This document shows positions 48,701 through 62,559 of a stretch of 64,000 nt of DNA, in pieces (position 1 is the stretch's first letter; the number at the start of each line of letters is the position of its first letter). The notes under the pieces were generated by a model. That model was not told the DNA's origin. It made no database searches and was given only the letters and a program-made list of their open reading frames with translations. The position numbers were made by a program, and so were the translations under genes. Origin of the DNA: Azolla caroliniana (taxonomy: Eukaryota > Plantae > Polypodiophyta). Location of the stretch: positions 1,984,001 through 2,048,000 of the forward strand of contig JBHGNT010000010.1 of NCBI GenBank assembly GCA_043228905.1, read 5' to 3'.

Positions 48701-48905
48701 CAAATTTAATCTTAAGATCTAGGGATCAAAATATTGTTATAAGTCCCCAAAGATTACATCGAAAAGATGTTGAAAAGTTATCAAAGCCTATACAAGTACA
48801 CCAAGACGATAATTGTACTTATTCAGGGAGAAAGTAACACGAATGATGCATTGTACAAACTCTCTACATCACCACCAAGATCTTTCCCAACACATTGTTT
48901 TGTGT

Positions 48906-50059
48906 CTACAGACGTGATGCCGAACGAATCAATTCATACTCGGTTTTCACATGGGCGCGAGTAATCTCCTTCACTGAAGTGCAACCAGACAATGCCATAG
49001 CTAGTTCGAACTCCTCCCGAAGCATACTTAGCACCTTCTTCACACCAGCCTCACCATCAACAGCCAAGGAGAACACCACAGGCCTTCCAATCTATACAAA
49101 AGGAGCATGATGATTAAAACTAGCATTTAAAAAATGTCAAGAACACCAAAATTCCCCGAGCTTTTTGAAAGCCTTTGCTTATAAATAATATTTTGTGAAT
49201 ACCGAACAATTACGGGGTATTTTGCTCAAAGAAAAAGAGTAAATACTCACAAAAACACCAGAAGCTCCCAATGCTAATGCCTTGAGTACATCGGTACCTC
49301 GGCGAACTCCACCATCTAGGAAGACAGGAACTCTTCCTTGGGCCGCACTCACAACCTGAGACATCAACGTCAACTTATTTTATGAGCATACTCATTTTAA
49401 TCACATCATTCAAAGTTAGTCAACATCTGCTAGGGTAAAATGGAAGTAATACAATAACTTGTGGATTTACTAAATAAAAATGATATGGAAAAATTATAAC
49501 TTAGGGTTTACTAGTGCTTCAAAGGGTAGCTAACTCTTTATTCATTCTTCCTATATTTAATCTATAAAATCCCTTCCATAGGAGCATTATTACTCCACGG
49601 CTTGATGATTTGCAATGTGTAGACTAATCCTGATCTATGTGATCCTAGCACCATATGAGGTTTATTAGATAAAATTAAATCCCTCGACAATATCTATAAA
49701 AACATCATAAAGACAACACCTATGTTACTTTATAGAGTATGAAGATGAACCTCCTCTAAGGCATTAATAGTTGCGGGCACATAATCCAATTGTCGAGCAC
49801 CATGATTAGACACGATAATGCCAGCGGCGCCAGCGTGCACAGCCAACCGAGCTAAAAGGCAAGAAAAACATAAGAATTAAAAAATTGACACTTTCTGCGA
49901 AAATGCTCAATTTTTTGTTTTTTTCTAAAGCTACACAATTACCGTCTTCTGCTGTCAAAACACCCTTCACAAGGATTGGAAGCTTGGTGATTGTTTGCAA
50001 CCACTTCACATCCTAATGTGCAATCAAAACAAACAATCACAACTGCCTTAAGTACAAAG

Positions 50060-50099
<40 letters not shown>

Positions 50100-51785
50100 A
50101 AAGGACATATTTTCATGCCCCAAAATGTGGCTCTAAAAAAGATATCAGAAATTTGAACCAACCTTCCAGCTAAGAGATCTATCGATTTGGCCGGCAACAT
50201 AGGAAGCAAGTCCTGAATCAGAGGTCTTTCGAGGATTAAAGTAAGAGAGGATTATAATTTATTAGTATGACCTTGTCGATAATAGTTGGCATGACAATAG
50301 AAATAATAAAACCTTCATAGTCATTCACTTCTTACCTTGTCCATCTTTCCCAAGTCAAGACCTTCAAAGTTCTTCAAGGTCAAGTGTGGCGGCAAAACAA
50401 ACCTAAGAAAAGCACACAAAACAAAAGCAAGAAACGTTGAACTATGTGCAGTGATTGTAAGATATTTGTAATTCTTTGAAAAATCCCTCACATTTTGAAG
50501 CATCGACTGTATGCTATTCATATTCTTCATGAGAAATCCCTAAGAATAACTGACCTATTTTTTATATCGGCTTCTCGTCGACCCAAGCGTGGTGTGTCCA
50601 CTGTAAGAGCAATGGCCTTGAACCCTGCTCTTTCAGCTCTACGAACAAGTTGTGCCACAACATTGCGATCCTTATAAACCTATAAATAAAAAAAAGCGTT
50701 CCATAAGGACACTAGTTGACATCAAAACATATACAAATATCATCGATACCATATTTTGACATGAGCTAAAAATATGATCAAAGGGTATGTATGCTGAAAA
50801 CAAAACACTAAATCCACGTGAACAAAGCATATAATTTGTGCAAATGCATAATGAAACTTAGGGATATTATGAGAAATAATCCACAAGTTAAGGGTCTCAT
50901 GGGTATTTTTCATATCCTCAAGATCTTACATAGAGCTGGAAAAACCGAATTCCTGGAGCTTCCGCGGCAACTTCTTCAACACTGGATGTGGCCCATGAAG
51001 AAAGTGTCTATATATGATTTCAAAAGTGAAAGAAAGTATAATGTCACAATCAAGATAAGAAATGATAAAAGACAGAAATACCAATTACCAGAACAGAGAA
51101 ACATAATGAGATCGAGTATTATATGTATAAAGGTCTATACCATGATTGTTCCGGCAGCAGCCACAGCTCTAGAGGTTGCAAGTTCACCTATAAATCAAGA
51201 AAGTAGACATATGGAAGTTATTCCCTTGCTTTACACAATTGAATGAGACAATTTCTACATATTACCATCTGGATGAGCCATTCTCTGCATCGCAGTAGGT
51301 GCAACCATGATAGGCATGGAAATCTTGAAACCAAGTACTGTTGTTGTCAAATCCACATGACTCACATCAATGAGTATCCGGGGTCGGAACCTATAAAAAT
51401 TTGTTCAAGGTAAAACATATAGTTATAGCATTTACGTTAACAACATAGACTCGATTCATTGTTTTGTCTTGTTTTTAAGCCAATAATCCAAAAGGCATAT
51501 AAATTTGTCACTAGAATGGATTCATATCACATCAAACATACTTTGAAGGGACACTGCACAAAAACTTTTGCATCCATACAATACTATCACAAAACTAGAG
51601 CAAAGCTGTAAAATTTGTGTCAACTTATTAATCCATCCTTACCATATCCTCTCGAAGGCACTGCGGTTATCCTTCAAAGTGTATTGATCCTCAGCACCCG
51701 ATGCATAGTAGTCATAAACCATCTTTGGGAGCTTCTCCTTGGCCAACACATCGTATTCAGACACGTTCACAATTATGGAAGACAT
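48906..51785 (-). CDS. GOX: Peroxisomal glycolate oxidase ((S)-2-hydroxy-acid oxidase)
   Basis: Coding exons 51785-51643, 51390-51266, 51187-51141, 51007-50930, 50679-50555, 50402-50336, 50225-50163, 50012-49943, 49851-49751, 49355-49251, 49091-48906. Motifs [43 protein letters not shown]; PTS1 SRL. Confidence 0.96.
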
Positions 51786-51837
51786 GGTGGATGCTTGAGA
51801 GTCTGAAAAAAAGGAGCACAAACAGAATGTAAATGAG

Positions 51838-52170
51838 ATGATGATGATGATGATGGTTATGGATATGGTCATGGTTGTTCGGGACATGGAACATCCATCG
51901 GACATCGACATCATGAACTTGGACTTGATAGACCTGGAACATCATGGACATGGACATGGACATCATAGACATGATGGTCATGGTCATGGTCATAGTCCTT
52001 ACTATGAGGTTACATGGACATGGACATAAACATCATAGACATGATGTTCATGGTCATGATCATAGTCCTTATCATGTGGTTACATGGACATGGTACCATA
52101 TGGGTCATAGTCGTGATGATGATGGCGACACAGATATGCCCGTGGTCATAGTAATTTTCATAATGTTATG
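51838..52170. repeat. CAT/GGACAT/GGTCAT low-complexity repeat in a probable 5'-UTR intron of GOX
   Basis: Minus-strand acceptor at about 51803 and candidate donor GTAAG at about 52468. Confidence 0.7.
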
Positions 52171-53633
52171 ATGATGCCTTAGATTACAACAAGAAAAACG
52201 TTCACAAGACAAAACTAATCAGAAAATAAAGATGGAGAAAACGCACATACTAGAACTACAACAAGAGAACAGAGCATAGATAGAAACCTAACAAATCAAT
52301 AACCATGATTATATATATATATATATATACATGCAACTTCATAAAGATACAAAGATTTAGAGAACAAACCTGAATCTTTCAAACACAAATACTTAATGAG
52401 AACTTAAATCATTATGTATGCAATAGCTGAGAAGAGCTTTATCTATCTCTATCTCTCTCTCTTCTTACCTTTCTGTAGCTAAGCTCTGCACAGATCAAAT
52501 ATGGGAGCGAAAGAGAACAAGAGCAGCTAAACGGAGCTTTAATGAAGCTAGTGGAAAATAATAAATATAATTTTTTTTATATATAAATAAATATGTAAAA
52601 TAAGAAAGAATCTAACTGATTATGTATTAAATTCAGCGGAAGACGATTTATAAATGAAAATCAAGCAAATGATTGAGGAAATGTGGCGCTTAATTTGATC
52701 CTTAAAATAAAGAATTAAAGTTTTATAAAAAATAGATTCAAAGAGAAAAAAGGAGTAGAAGTTATGGAATTAAATTGTCTAACAAGAAAATACAAATAAA
52801 AAAAATAAAAGTATTATCTTCACACATTACATTTTTGTGGCTCTAACCTCTCTCACATTTTTTTGGCATTACCTTTGTAGTCCTTGTTTGTAGTAGGAGT
52901 AGTAGTAGTAGAAGCCTATCTATTATTCCCAACCCATGCTTGCTTTATCTTTCGTTCTTTATCCACATTATCGATCCGATCGAGCTCTCTTGCCACTTGG
53001 CCAACTTCGAAACACGTTATGCGTCTCAGAAACACTTGAAAACACTTGATTTCCACTCAAGGACGGGGTGTGTTTTTTATCATGTTTTTATGTAAGAGCC
53101 TTGGGACCTCGTAACAACGTTTCTTCCTCTCGGGAGACTTTCTGATTGTCTAATGGATATCCTAATACATCATTGTCTAGTGGATTTCATTTTTCAAACG
53201 AATTAACACAAGTTGAAGGTAGCAAAGTGTAAATTTTGGATGACCACAGTCATTGCATAAGTTAGGTGCAAAAACACCTCATTCTCCAAGAATCCATTGT
53301 GCATCCCATCCTCTAAATCATTTTCGCATGTATTGCATTTGATCTTGAACATAATATTTTGCTATTGTGTATTTAAAACGTGCACGTGCACGCGCGCGCG
53401 CACACACACACACACACGGAGAGCTCTTGAGATGCATGTGTTGACAGTCTATAGAATGTGAGATCATTACTTCCATACAACGATGCGGTATTGGTTTTAG
53501 GGGGAAGTAACCACATGGTGTAACAAAGATGTGTGAAAGTAAATATATTGAACCCGTGATCTTCATTCTAGAAAAAAATAAAAGAGAGAAACAAACATCT
53601 TGCTTATAACTTACTAAGAGATTGATAGTTTAA

Positions 53634-53708
53634 ATGGATATAGCTCAATTGGTAAGGTTGCCTAATGGAGACTCAGAGGTCATTGGTTCAACCCCTTACG
53701 TTCCACAA
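53634..53708 (+). pseudogene. tRNA-derived sequence (tRNA pseudogene or SINE head)
   Basis: A box TAGCTCAATTGGT and B box GGTTCAACCCC at tRNA-like spacing; stems pair poorly. Confidence 0.55.
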
Positions 53709-54289
53709 TGGCATCTAGTGAAATAAGAGATATCTATGGAGTAATAAAGAGGTGAGAAATTTGGGTTTTGTCAAACCCAAGACCATGTTTTATCACAATG
53801 TTATTTGACACCCCAACACAATGGGTGTTTGTACAATTCACACAGGTCAACCCAAAAAAGAGATAGAGATCATTTTCCTATTTCTGAGGTATTGGGGGTT
53901 GCGTTATAATTGGGATATGCACAATGCTTTTGTTTATTTGATGGTAGGCATGGCCTCAAAGCATATTGACAAAAATTGAAGGGAGTTATAATGTGGCAAT
54001 TCTCTTTACTTGAGCAAATAGAAATTCTTTCTTTGGTGGAGTATTCATCTTGCTTATTGGCAATTCAACATGTTCCACTACCCATGTAGGTAGTGGGTGA
54101 TCATACTCCATTGTGGCGCCTGTTGTAAGTAGTGCGTTTCACACACATTTATTAATATAATTGTGTGTTTTCACCAAAGGAGAGAGTGAGAGACATTGAT
54201 ATTGTCTAGTAGCTTGCCAGTAGAGGGATCTAATTAGGATAACACAAAACAAGAGAGATCATGTGTTTGTTTGTCCATGGTCTATTTGA

Positions 54290-54610
54290 CGATGCCCATG
54301 AAGACAAGGTATAGGGTTTGAAGCCCCATGAAAGGAGGGTTTAAAACTGGTTATTTATTCAATTCGTTTGACTACTATATGGATGTTTTAAGTTTACATG
54401 CACACGGCCATGTGTGGAGACACACTTCTAAACATCAATGTATTGGTTAGATGCAATACCGAAGAAGACAAGGAATAGGGTTTGAATCCCCATTAAAGAA
54501 GGGATATGGCAGTGTTTAAGTGCATATGGCCATGGGCGGAGACAACCTTCTAAACATCAACATGACATCATTATTTCGAGATAAGGTTTGAATCCACATG
54601 TAAGAATGGA
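54290..54610. repeat. Degenerate tandem repeat
   Basis: gaagacaagg.atagggtttgaa.ccccat at 54301 and 54464, partial at about 54580; cttctaaacatcaa occurs twice. Confidence 0.65.
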
Positions 54611-56470
54611 AGAATGGATAAAAATATTGTACATTATGCTATTGCATGGAGATGCCATTTCAAGTGTTAACATAACAAAGAATGCATGCAATACTCATCC
54701 CATAACAATAACATCATGATCAAGTAGATACAAAAAAGTAGTCCACATCAATTATAATCAAGGTTTGAACCTTGAGCAAAAATTAATAAATAATCAAATG
54801 GTCTCAAAGCATCGAGTGTTTAGCCAAGACATGACATTCTATGATGGGTTGTGCAAACACAAAACTAACATAAATATTGGAATTATGCTACCATTTAGTT
54901 ATTTTACAACATACTTTTTTCCCTCAATATGTTGACAACAAAGAGCTTTTCAAAGTAGGCTTCTTCAATACTTTTGACCATGGTCCATTACCCTATTCCA
55001 TAATAAATCTTCTTTCATGAAGGCTCTACACAACCCGTGTTAAATGACAACTCTTACATTATGTTAATTACCACACAGACATTTAAAACAATAGAGACAA
55101 ATATTTGACATGAATAAAAAACTTATTTAGGCATGTCAATGCAATTTAAGATATGCATATTAATCTCATGGCAAAGACATATATATTTTCTTTCCAAACA
55201 TGACATTAATAAAATTATCCTAAACAAACTTATGTATATGTACCCAAATTGAGGAACGTTGAACACCTCAAATCGTTATAATAAAAAACTCGAGATATTC
55301 AAAACAAAGGTTAGTAGAAAAGAGAGCATCCAAAAATAGTCACAATGTCACATTATGTATTGCTTTATTGAAATCTTTATTTCGAAATTCTTTGAGATAT
55401 TTGCAATACACATACGTAAAAAGAGATTGATGATCCAATGCAATATATTCCTTCAATTTACATTATCTTCAAGCTTATATATTGAGTTATCAATATAAGA
55501 GAATACACTTATTCCCTTTGTATGTTGAGCCTCCATGTGCTGAGCTTTTTGGGCCAAGCGCCGGTTCAGTCCAAGTTTGGAAACTCCCAAACGAGTTGGC
55601 TTTTTTTTTTGCCAAAAAACAAACCAGTTACAGCTTAATCGGTTTGGTTTGGTTTGGACAAGGCCAAACTGGTTAAGCCGAAACTTAACTGTTGCCAATT
55701 CCTGGGAGAGGGTATAAACTAAAACTGCAAAAATTGGAATAAAAAATAAAAAGAATAAACCTAAAAGTAAAATATAGTTAAAAAAATAAATAAAAAAAAT
55801 ACTACTTCCATTAGTTAAGAAAAAGTACATAGGATAATATACAACTCATATGTTACAAGCCAATTTGCATGGCTACAAGAAAACAACATGCATAAATGAA
55901 GCAACAAAACCTCAGCACAATATTACTCAACAGAATCCTCTCAACATGAGCCTCACACGACCCACATTCAGCAAAGACATTCTCCAATCTCTTCACAATT
56001 CAACACCCACCTCTATGTTTGGTACCCTTAGAGGAAACAACCACCGAGGTGGCTAATAAATCCAATTTGCATTGCCATCCACCATATGAAGCATTGGAGA
56101 ACCTCTCCATTTTAGAAGGAAGTGGTATCTAGCTTCTTCACTCGTGTTAGAGGGCCCCTGAAGGCTGTCAAACTTTCCTTGTAGTGTAGAAATCAGATTA
56201 AACCAAATCATTATTAAACTCTCAGCCGATGGGGTTCACTTCTCGGTAAACAACGCCTTGCACCTAGATACCCACACTTGCCAAACAGTAAGGCCAACCA
56301 CTAAAAACTAAATATCTAACAGTAAAGCTAGCCACTAAAAGTAAAATATAGTTACAATTACAAATGGAAAGAATAAACAAAGATTTGAAAAAAGTTACCA
56401 CAACTACACTCAAACAAAAAAGGAACCCAAGTCCACTTGTACTAGAAACAATACAACAAAAGGTCACTCA

Positions 56471-59400
56471 TGTTATGGCTTCTCAGTTGCTTCAACCATT
56501 TACAGACATTGAAGTCTAGACAACAACTAATTGGTTCAACTCCATTCTAGAACTCCCTTGTTGCTTACTCGTTGTAATAAGATATCTTATAGTGCAATAT
56601 GATACTTTTACAATACTCTCTCTGTCTCTCTCTTGATAGTTTGAACCAATTTCTTCCTCTTTCTCATTTCTTTCTCTTCTAAGAACCTTAACAAGTTCTC
56701 TTCTTTCTTTTCCTCTTCCCTCGTAAGTTATGGAATCTGTGAACAAATAGGAATATATGTGGGTCCTTTCTGAGCTCGACATGCTCACAAACAAATTTGT
56801 GGCACTAGAGCAAGAAAATCAAAGGCTACTCGGGGACCTACAACACGTGAATACCGAGAAACCCCAACAATATGAAGAGTTGTCACAATGGGTTCGCCAA
56901 CTCGAGGCTACTATATTGTCATTACGAGAACAAGCATCGGGGGTTCAGAACTACCCTAGAGAACCAAAGATTAGCCTCCCTGCCAAATTTGATGGTACAA
57001 GGTCTCTATTTCAAGGCTTATTGAATCAAGTACGTTTGGTTGTTCAGTTACATCCCAATTGGTACCCAACTAAAGCTACTCGTGTCCGATTAGTAGGAAC
57101 CTTACTGAGCGGTACAATATTAGTATGGTTTGCACCACTCCTCGAGAAGAAATCACCATTGTTGGAGGATTTTGAGACGTTTGTTAAGGAGTTTCAAGCT
57201 AGTTTGGGAGACACTGACAACACTAGGACGGCAATAAACAAGATTCGAAGGCTCCGACAAGGAGATTGTCTCACGTCGGCTTACACAGCTGATTTTTGTC
57301 TCTTGGCATGCGATATCCCTTGGGATGGGGCAACTTTAATGGATCAATTCCGTCAAGGTTTGCGTAATGATGTCAACGATCTTTTGCTTACTTTCCCTGA
57401 AGATCCGAAGTCTCTTACAGAGGCAATTAGTTGAGTTGTGCGATGTGATAATTGTCTATTTGAGCGACGTTCGAACCGCCAACAAATGCTATGTCGTGAA
57501 CCAGAACAAACGTATGCTTCTGTAGTCGCAACGCCTCCATAAGTTTCTAGATCCATTACGAGGGATGGCCCAACTCCTATGGAAATAGAGTCAACACAAC
57601 ATCGAGGGCCCTTATCAGATGTTGAGAAGCAACGACGTCAAGCACACCGCCTATGCCTATATTGTGGGGGTTCAGGACATATAGCCGTGAATTGCCTGCA
57701 TAAACCTAGACGTCAAGTATACCAAGTAAGTGGTCATGACAACCCTACTTCGAGTTCATTATTACTTCTAATAACATCAGTAAGCCTAATAGTCCATGCC
57801 ATGAGAATAGATTCGATGTCTTGAGCCAATTAGAGGATGTGTTAAATGAGTAAGTCTGGCCAAAATAGGAGCCATTTGGTTGGACCATCCTAGATATGTA
57901 GAGGTAGTTCCTAGTCGTGGTTCCATTTCATCAAATCAAGTTAGTAGAGTTTTTTCTGTACAAGTTGAGCTTTGCACATCTACGAGTCATTGAGTCCTAG
58001 CCTCTACCCTCCTAGATTCTGGAGCCAACTCTTGTTTCATGGATCGTGAGTTTGCATTGACACAAAACATCCTCTTCAATAAGCTCCCGAACCCAGTAGC
58101 CGTAGGAGTCATTGATGGCCATCCCATAACATCAGGTGATATAGTCGAAGAGTCCGAGCCAATTCGTGTAGTTCTTGGCAATTTGGCAATCATAATCTCT
58201 TTCAACATTATTCGTAGTCTAGAACACCCATTAGTTATAGGTCTCCCTTGGTTTGAACTACATAACCCAAAGATTGATTGGATGAAAAGAACTATTGAGG
58301 AGTCCCAAGAGAAAAGAACAAAACTCGCATCCCTCAACCCTTCGACATTTGATATTGGATCCCATAAGTTATCAACCATCTCTCTCCATCAGTTACGAGA
58401 GGAAGGGGGGAACAAGGACATGCTCGTGTTTGCAATTGTAGCAACTCCATCAACTCCGTAACCCATCTTACAGGAGTCAGACATCCAATTACCAGAAAAA
58501 TACAAAGAGTTCTTAGATGTCTTTGACAAGGTGAAGGCAAATACATTGCCAGAGCATAGGCTAGAGACTTTGCGGGAATACATCGATGAGAACTTAGCAA
58601 ATGGATTCATCCGACAGTCTAGATCCCTTGCTGGTGCACTAGTATCTTCTTCGTTAAGAAGAAAAATGGGTCTCTTCGGTTAGTCATGGACTATCAAGGG
58701 TTGAACATAGTGACTATCAGGAATAGATATGCTCTACCATTGATCTCGAACCTTCTGGAACGTCTTAGTGGAGCAAAATATTTCACAAAGATCTTTGCAG
58801 TGCATATAATCTAGTCCGGATTCGTCAGGGGGATGAATGGAAGACTGCTTTTTGCACTCGCTATGGACATTTCAAGTATACCGTGATGCCATTCGGTCTC
58901 ACAAATGCACTTGCAGTCTTCCAACATATGGCAAATGATAATTTTTGAGATTTTCTTGATATCTTCACTATAGTTTACCTGGATGACATTTTGATCTACT
59001 CGAAGACCGAAGAGGAGCATGATAGACATGTTCGTGAGGTATTACGTCGACTACGAGAATATGGCCTCTACGCAAAATTAGAAAAGTGCAATGTCGGCCA
59101 GAATCAAGTGGAGTTTTTAGGGTATGTTGTATCATCAACTAATATCTCTATGGACCTGATGAAGGTTTAAACAATTTTAGATTGGCAAATGCCCCTTTCA
59201 GTGCGTGACGTACAATGTTTTCTCGGGTTTGCAATTTTTTTTTCGGAAATTCATTAAAAATTATTCCAAGGTCGTGCTTCCGCTCACCCGACTCCGACTC
59301 ACACACAAAAATCAACCATTCATTTGGAGTGTAGAGGCAACCAAGGCATTTGAAAGTTTAAAACGAGCATTTACAACGATGCCTATTTTGGCACATGTCG

Positions 59401-59700
59401 ATCCCACAAAACGCTTCATCCTTGAAGCTGATGCGTCCGACTTTGTATTAGGAAGTGTTCTATCGTAAACTGGAGATGACGGGCAGCTACATCCTATTGC
59501 TTTTCATTCCCGAAATTTTGAAGCTGTAGAGATTAACTACGAGATCCATGATAAAGAGCTTCTTGCAATTGTGGATTCTTTCCAACAATGGAGACATTTT
59601 TTGGAAGGTTCTTCTCAATAGATCATTGTCTACAACGATCATAAGAACCTAACATATTTCCAAAATGCTCGAGTCTTGAGTTGGCGACAAGCTCGTTGGG
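56471..59700 (+). mobile_element. Decayed chromovirus-type Gypsy (gag-PR-RT-RH), truncated after RNase H
   Basis: EPKISLPAKFDG, CLYCGGSGHIAVNC, LLDSGA, YLDDIL, EADASDF, DHKNL..QARW; many stops. The candidate 5' LTR 56471-56693 is uncertain. Confidence 0.85.
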
Positions 59701-61831
59701 TGTTGTTGCCGATTCGGAGTCAATAGGTATATTGTCGGCTTGTTCGAGTTCGACTGTTTGCCGAATCTCTGAGTCAGCCCAATGGGTTGGTCCTTCTACG
59801 ACAACTTTATCACCTTCGAAGGATACCTTTTTTTGTTAAGAATAGACAGGCCACAACTAGTTTCACGTTCGTGTTCATGTGTAGAAACCAAGAACTAATA
59901 CACAGACAAGAAAAATGGGAAGACACGGACGGAGACACCGATATTTTACGTGGAAAACCCGAAATGGGAAAAAAAACCACGGGGGTCCACAAACCTCGAG
60001 AAAACATATCACTATAGTAGAGAGGAAGTACAAATACGGAACTCGGAGGCAGCGACCTCGAGTTCTCCTTCGTTTGACGGACGGCTACAGAGTTACACTC
60101 TCACTCTCTCACTCACGGGTACAGAGGCAACTACCTCATTCTCAACTTTTAATAATGATCTCTAACTCCTGCCTATAAGATTTGCCCTAGTTGCTTATAA
60201 ACCAAAGCAACTTTCTGGCCAGGAGGCATTTTTGACTATTTACATTAATAGTCTTCCGAAACGATTTCCGTTTTTTATTTCGATTTCCGATTTCGGTTTC
60301 GGTTTAGATACTCACCAACACAGTCCTTCTCTTCCCATTCGGAGGGACATGTTTCCCGACACTTTTTACCAACTATTTTCGGATGGTTCCGCGGAGAGAA
60401 GATAGAGTCTTCATTGAAGACTACGTCATTGCTCCAGATCAATTTCCGGTTCTTTGGGTCCCATAGCCTATCTCTAAATTCCCCATTGGTTCCATAACCA
60501 AGAAATATGCACTTTGTTGCATGGGCCGCAAGCTTGTCCCTTTTCTCCTTGGGGATGAACGCGTAGGCTTCGCATCCGAATATACGGAGCCTATTGTAGG
60601 TTGGCCATTTTCCTAACCATAGTGCTTGTGGCACTTCAAGCTTGATTGCTTTTGACGACGACATATTGATCAGATATACTGCCGTTTGCAATGCTTCAGC
60701 TTAGAACTCTAGCTTCAGTCCAACTTGTTGGAGCATTGCCGTCATCCTCTCCTGGATCATTCGGTTGATCCATTTGGCCAATCCATTCTACATGGGTGTG
60801 TATGGAACGGTCTTTTGATGCCGGATCCCTTTGTTGGACAGGTACTGTTTGACAGCTCGGGAGGTGTATTCTCCTCCATTGTCGAATAAGAGTGTCTTCA
60901 CTCTATATCCTGACTAGTTCTCCACTTCAGTTATCCACCGAGAGAATATCTCGAGTGCTTCATCTTTGGACCTGATGGAGTAGGCCTAGACCTTTCGTGT
61001 ACAATCATCTACAAAAGTGATGAAGTATCGGGAGCCTCCTAGTGATCGCTCTAGAATGGGTCCACATATATTTGTGTGCCCGAGCTCTAGGGGTTGTCGT
61101 ACTATCTCGTAATGGAGAGAGTGCGGACTTTGGGTCTGTTTCCCGTATCGACAATGCTCGTAGAAGTCCTTCTTTGCTCGGAGTTTCGGAATGTAGCTGA
61201 CCGCCATCAGCCGATCAAGTTCGGCTTGAGACATATGCCCAAGTCAGCTACGCCATAGGTTTGGGTTAGTCTTTTTGGCTACGTTCATGGCCCCTTCTGG
61301 ATTGATTGCCATTAATGGGTACAAGTTATTGTACTTGTGCCTGCCTCCTATCTTCAAGTTTCCTCGATTGATCATCCATGCTGACTCACTTAGAGTCGTT
61401 CGATAACCTTCTTCGGCTATCATGTCGATGGAGACCAGACTCCTTTTCGGATTGGGTACGTGTCAGACTTGATGCAGGATTATTGTGTTGCCGTTTGACA
61501 GTTGAATTGGTACTTTGCCAACTCCTGCTATTCTGCACTCCTACCCGTTGCCTAGTTGGACTGTGCCACTGGCGCTAAACGAATAGTTTGAAAACCACTC
61601 GATGTTTGGGTTCACGTGAAATGTGGCACCAGAATCTAATAACCACGTGTGTGCAACTTGTACACTGTAGAGGACTTCTCCGATCATTGAATCTTGTAAT
61701 GAGAGAATTTCTCCTAATCGGATGTCAGCAACGTTGATTTGGTTGTGTTGAGCAGACAAGCTCAACCGGATCTGGATCGGTTGAATAAGCCAAAGCCGGA
61801 TCGAAGTCCAGAACGAAGAACCGGATCGGAT
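59701..61831 (-). pseudogene. Copia protease-integrase fragment
   Basis: WLLDSGATFH, YFITFVDDCTRKV, RLRIFGCEAYAFIPKEKRDKL..KCIFLGY. Confidence 0.88.
59834..60361 (-). mobile_element. Copia solo LTR, related to the 6223 LTR family
   Basis: Minus strand reads TGTCGGGA...TTAACA and shares cccgtggttttt.cccattt.gggttttccacgtaaaatatc. It interrupts KIVGKK|VSFEG, with an approximate AAAAG TSD. Confidence 0.78.
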
Positions 61832-62559
61832 TGTAACCAGTAGGCCGTTAGAGGTCTACAAATCTAGCCTACCTAGGCATATTTTTAGGAGTTAGTGTCA
61901 ATTGCTCGTATGAGCATTGAAATATATGTCAGTACTTTTGTTAGTCCTTTTAAGGACTTGTATAAAAGGTGCTATGTAGGAACTGTATGTACACACACAA
62001 AGAGTTATTATTTTGAATTAAGTTTTACTATTATGCTCTCTCTGTCTCTCCCATGTATTTTTAAGGTTCCATTAAACCTAACTGTATTCTATTGTTGTCC
62101 GACTGAGCCGGTTCTGTCTTAGCTTATGCATATTCACTTTCACATGGTATCGGAGCTCGAGGGTTGAGAACCTCTACAGCCGACAAGCATTACTTTGACA
62201 CCCGGTAGAGAACATAAATCGAATGTGAGAATGGATAGAGGAATGGCTAGCTTGCTCCCGATGGAGAAGCTCGATAGATCGAACTATGCATCTTGGTCCT
62301 ACAAGATGCACTAGTAGCTGCTTGGACACGATTCCCGTAGTTATGTCAACGAAGCTAATGATACGACGCTTGATGTGACACATAGGGACTTCCCGACTTG
62401 GGAACAAGCGGCAAGTAGAGTGATGTACTACTTTATGTCCAGTGTCGGCGATAAGCTGTTGAGCCATATTCGGGACGCCAAGACGCCGAAGGAAGCTTGG
62501 GGAAACCTAAAGAAGGTCTTTGCCGCAAACACCACAGCCTAGAAGCTGCAAGTCCAACT
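61832..62559 (+). mobile_element. Copia 5' LTR, PBS and gag start (decayed)
   Basis: LTR about 61832-62144 (left end uncertain). PBS TGGTATCGGAGC 62145-62156. gag from 62243: EKLDRSNYASWSYKM..AWGNLKKVF, with stops. Confidence 0.75.

Noticed and set aside
39917-51785. P450 plus glycolate oxidase as a biosynthetic gene cluster
   Set aside because: Only two genes, from unrelated pathways (lipid polyester synthesis and photorespiration); adjacency alone is not evidence.
51757-52171. Met/His-rich ORFs as metal-binding peptides
   Set aside because: Translations of a CAT-type repeat in a probable 5'-UTR intron, open in several frames on both strands.
53634-53708. Functional tRNA gene
   Set aside because: The acceptor, anticodon and T stems do not pair well; kept only as tRNA-derived.
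55555-55690. AAACC-rich patch as a MITE
   Set aside because: It resembles hAT subterminal motifs, but I could not find TIRs or a TSD.
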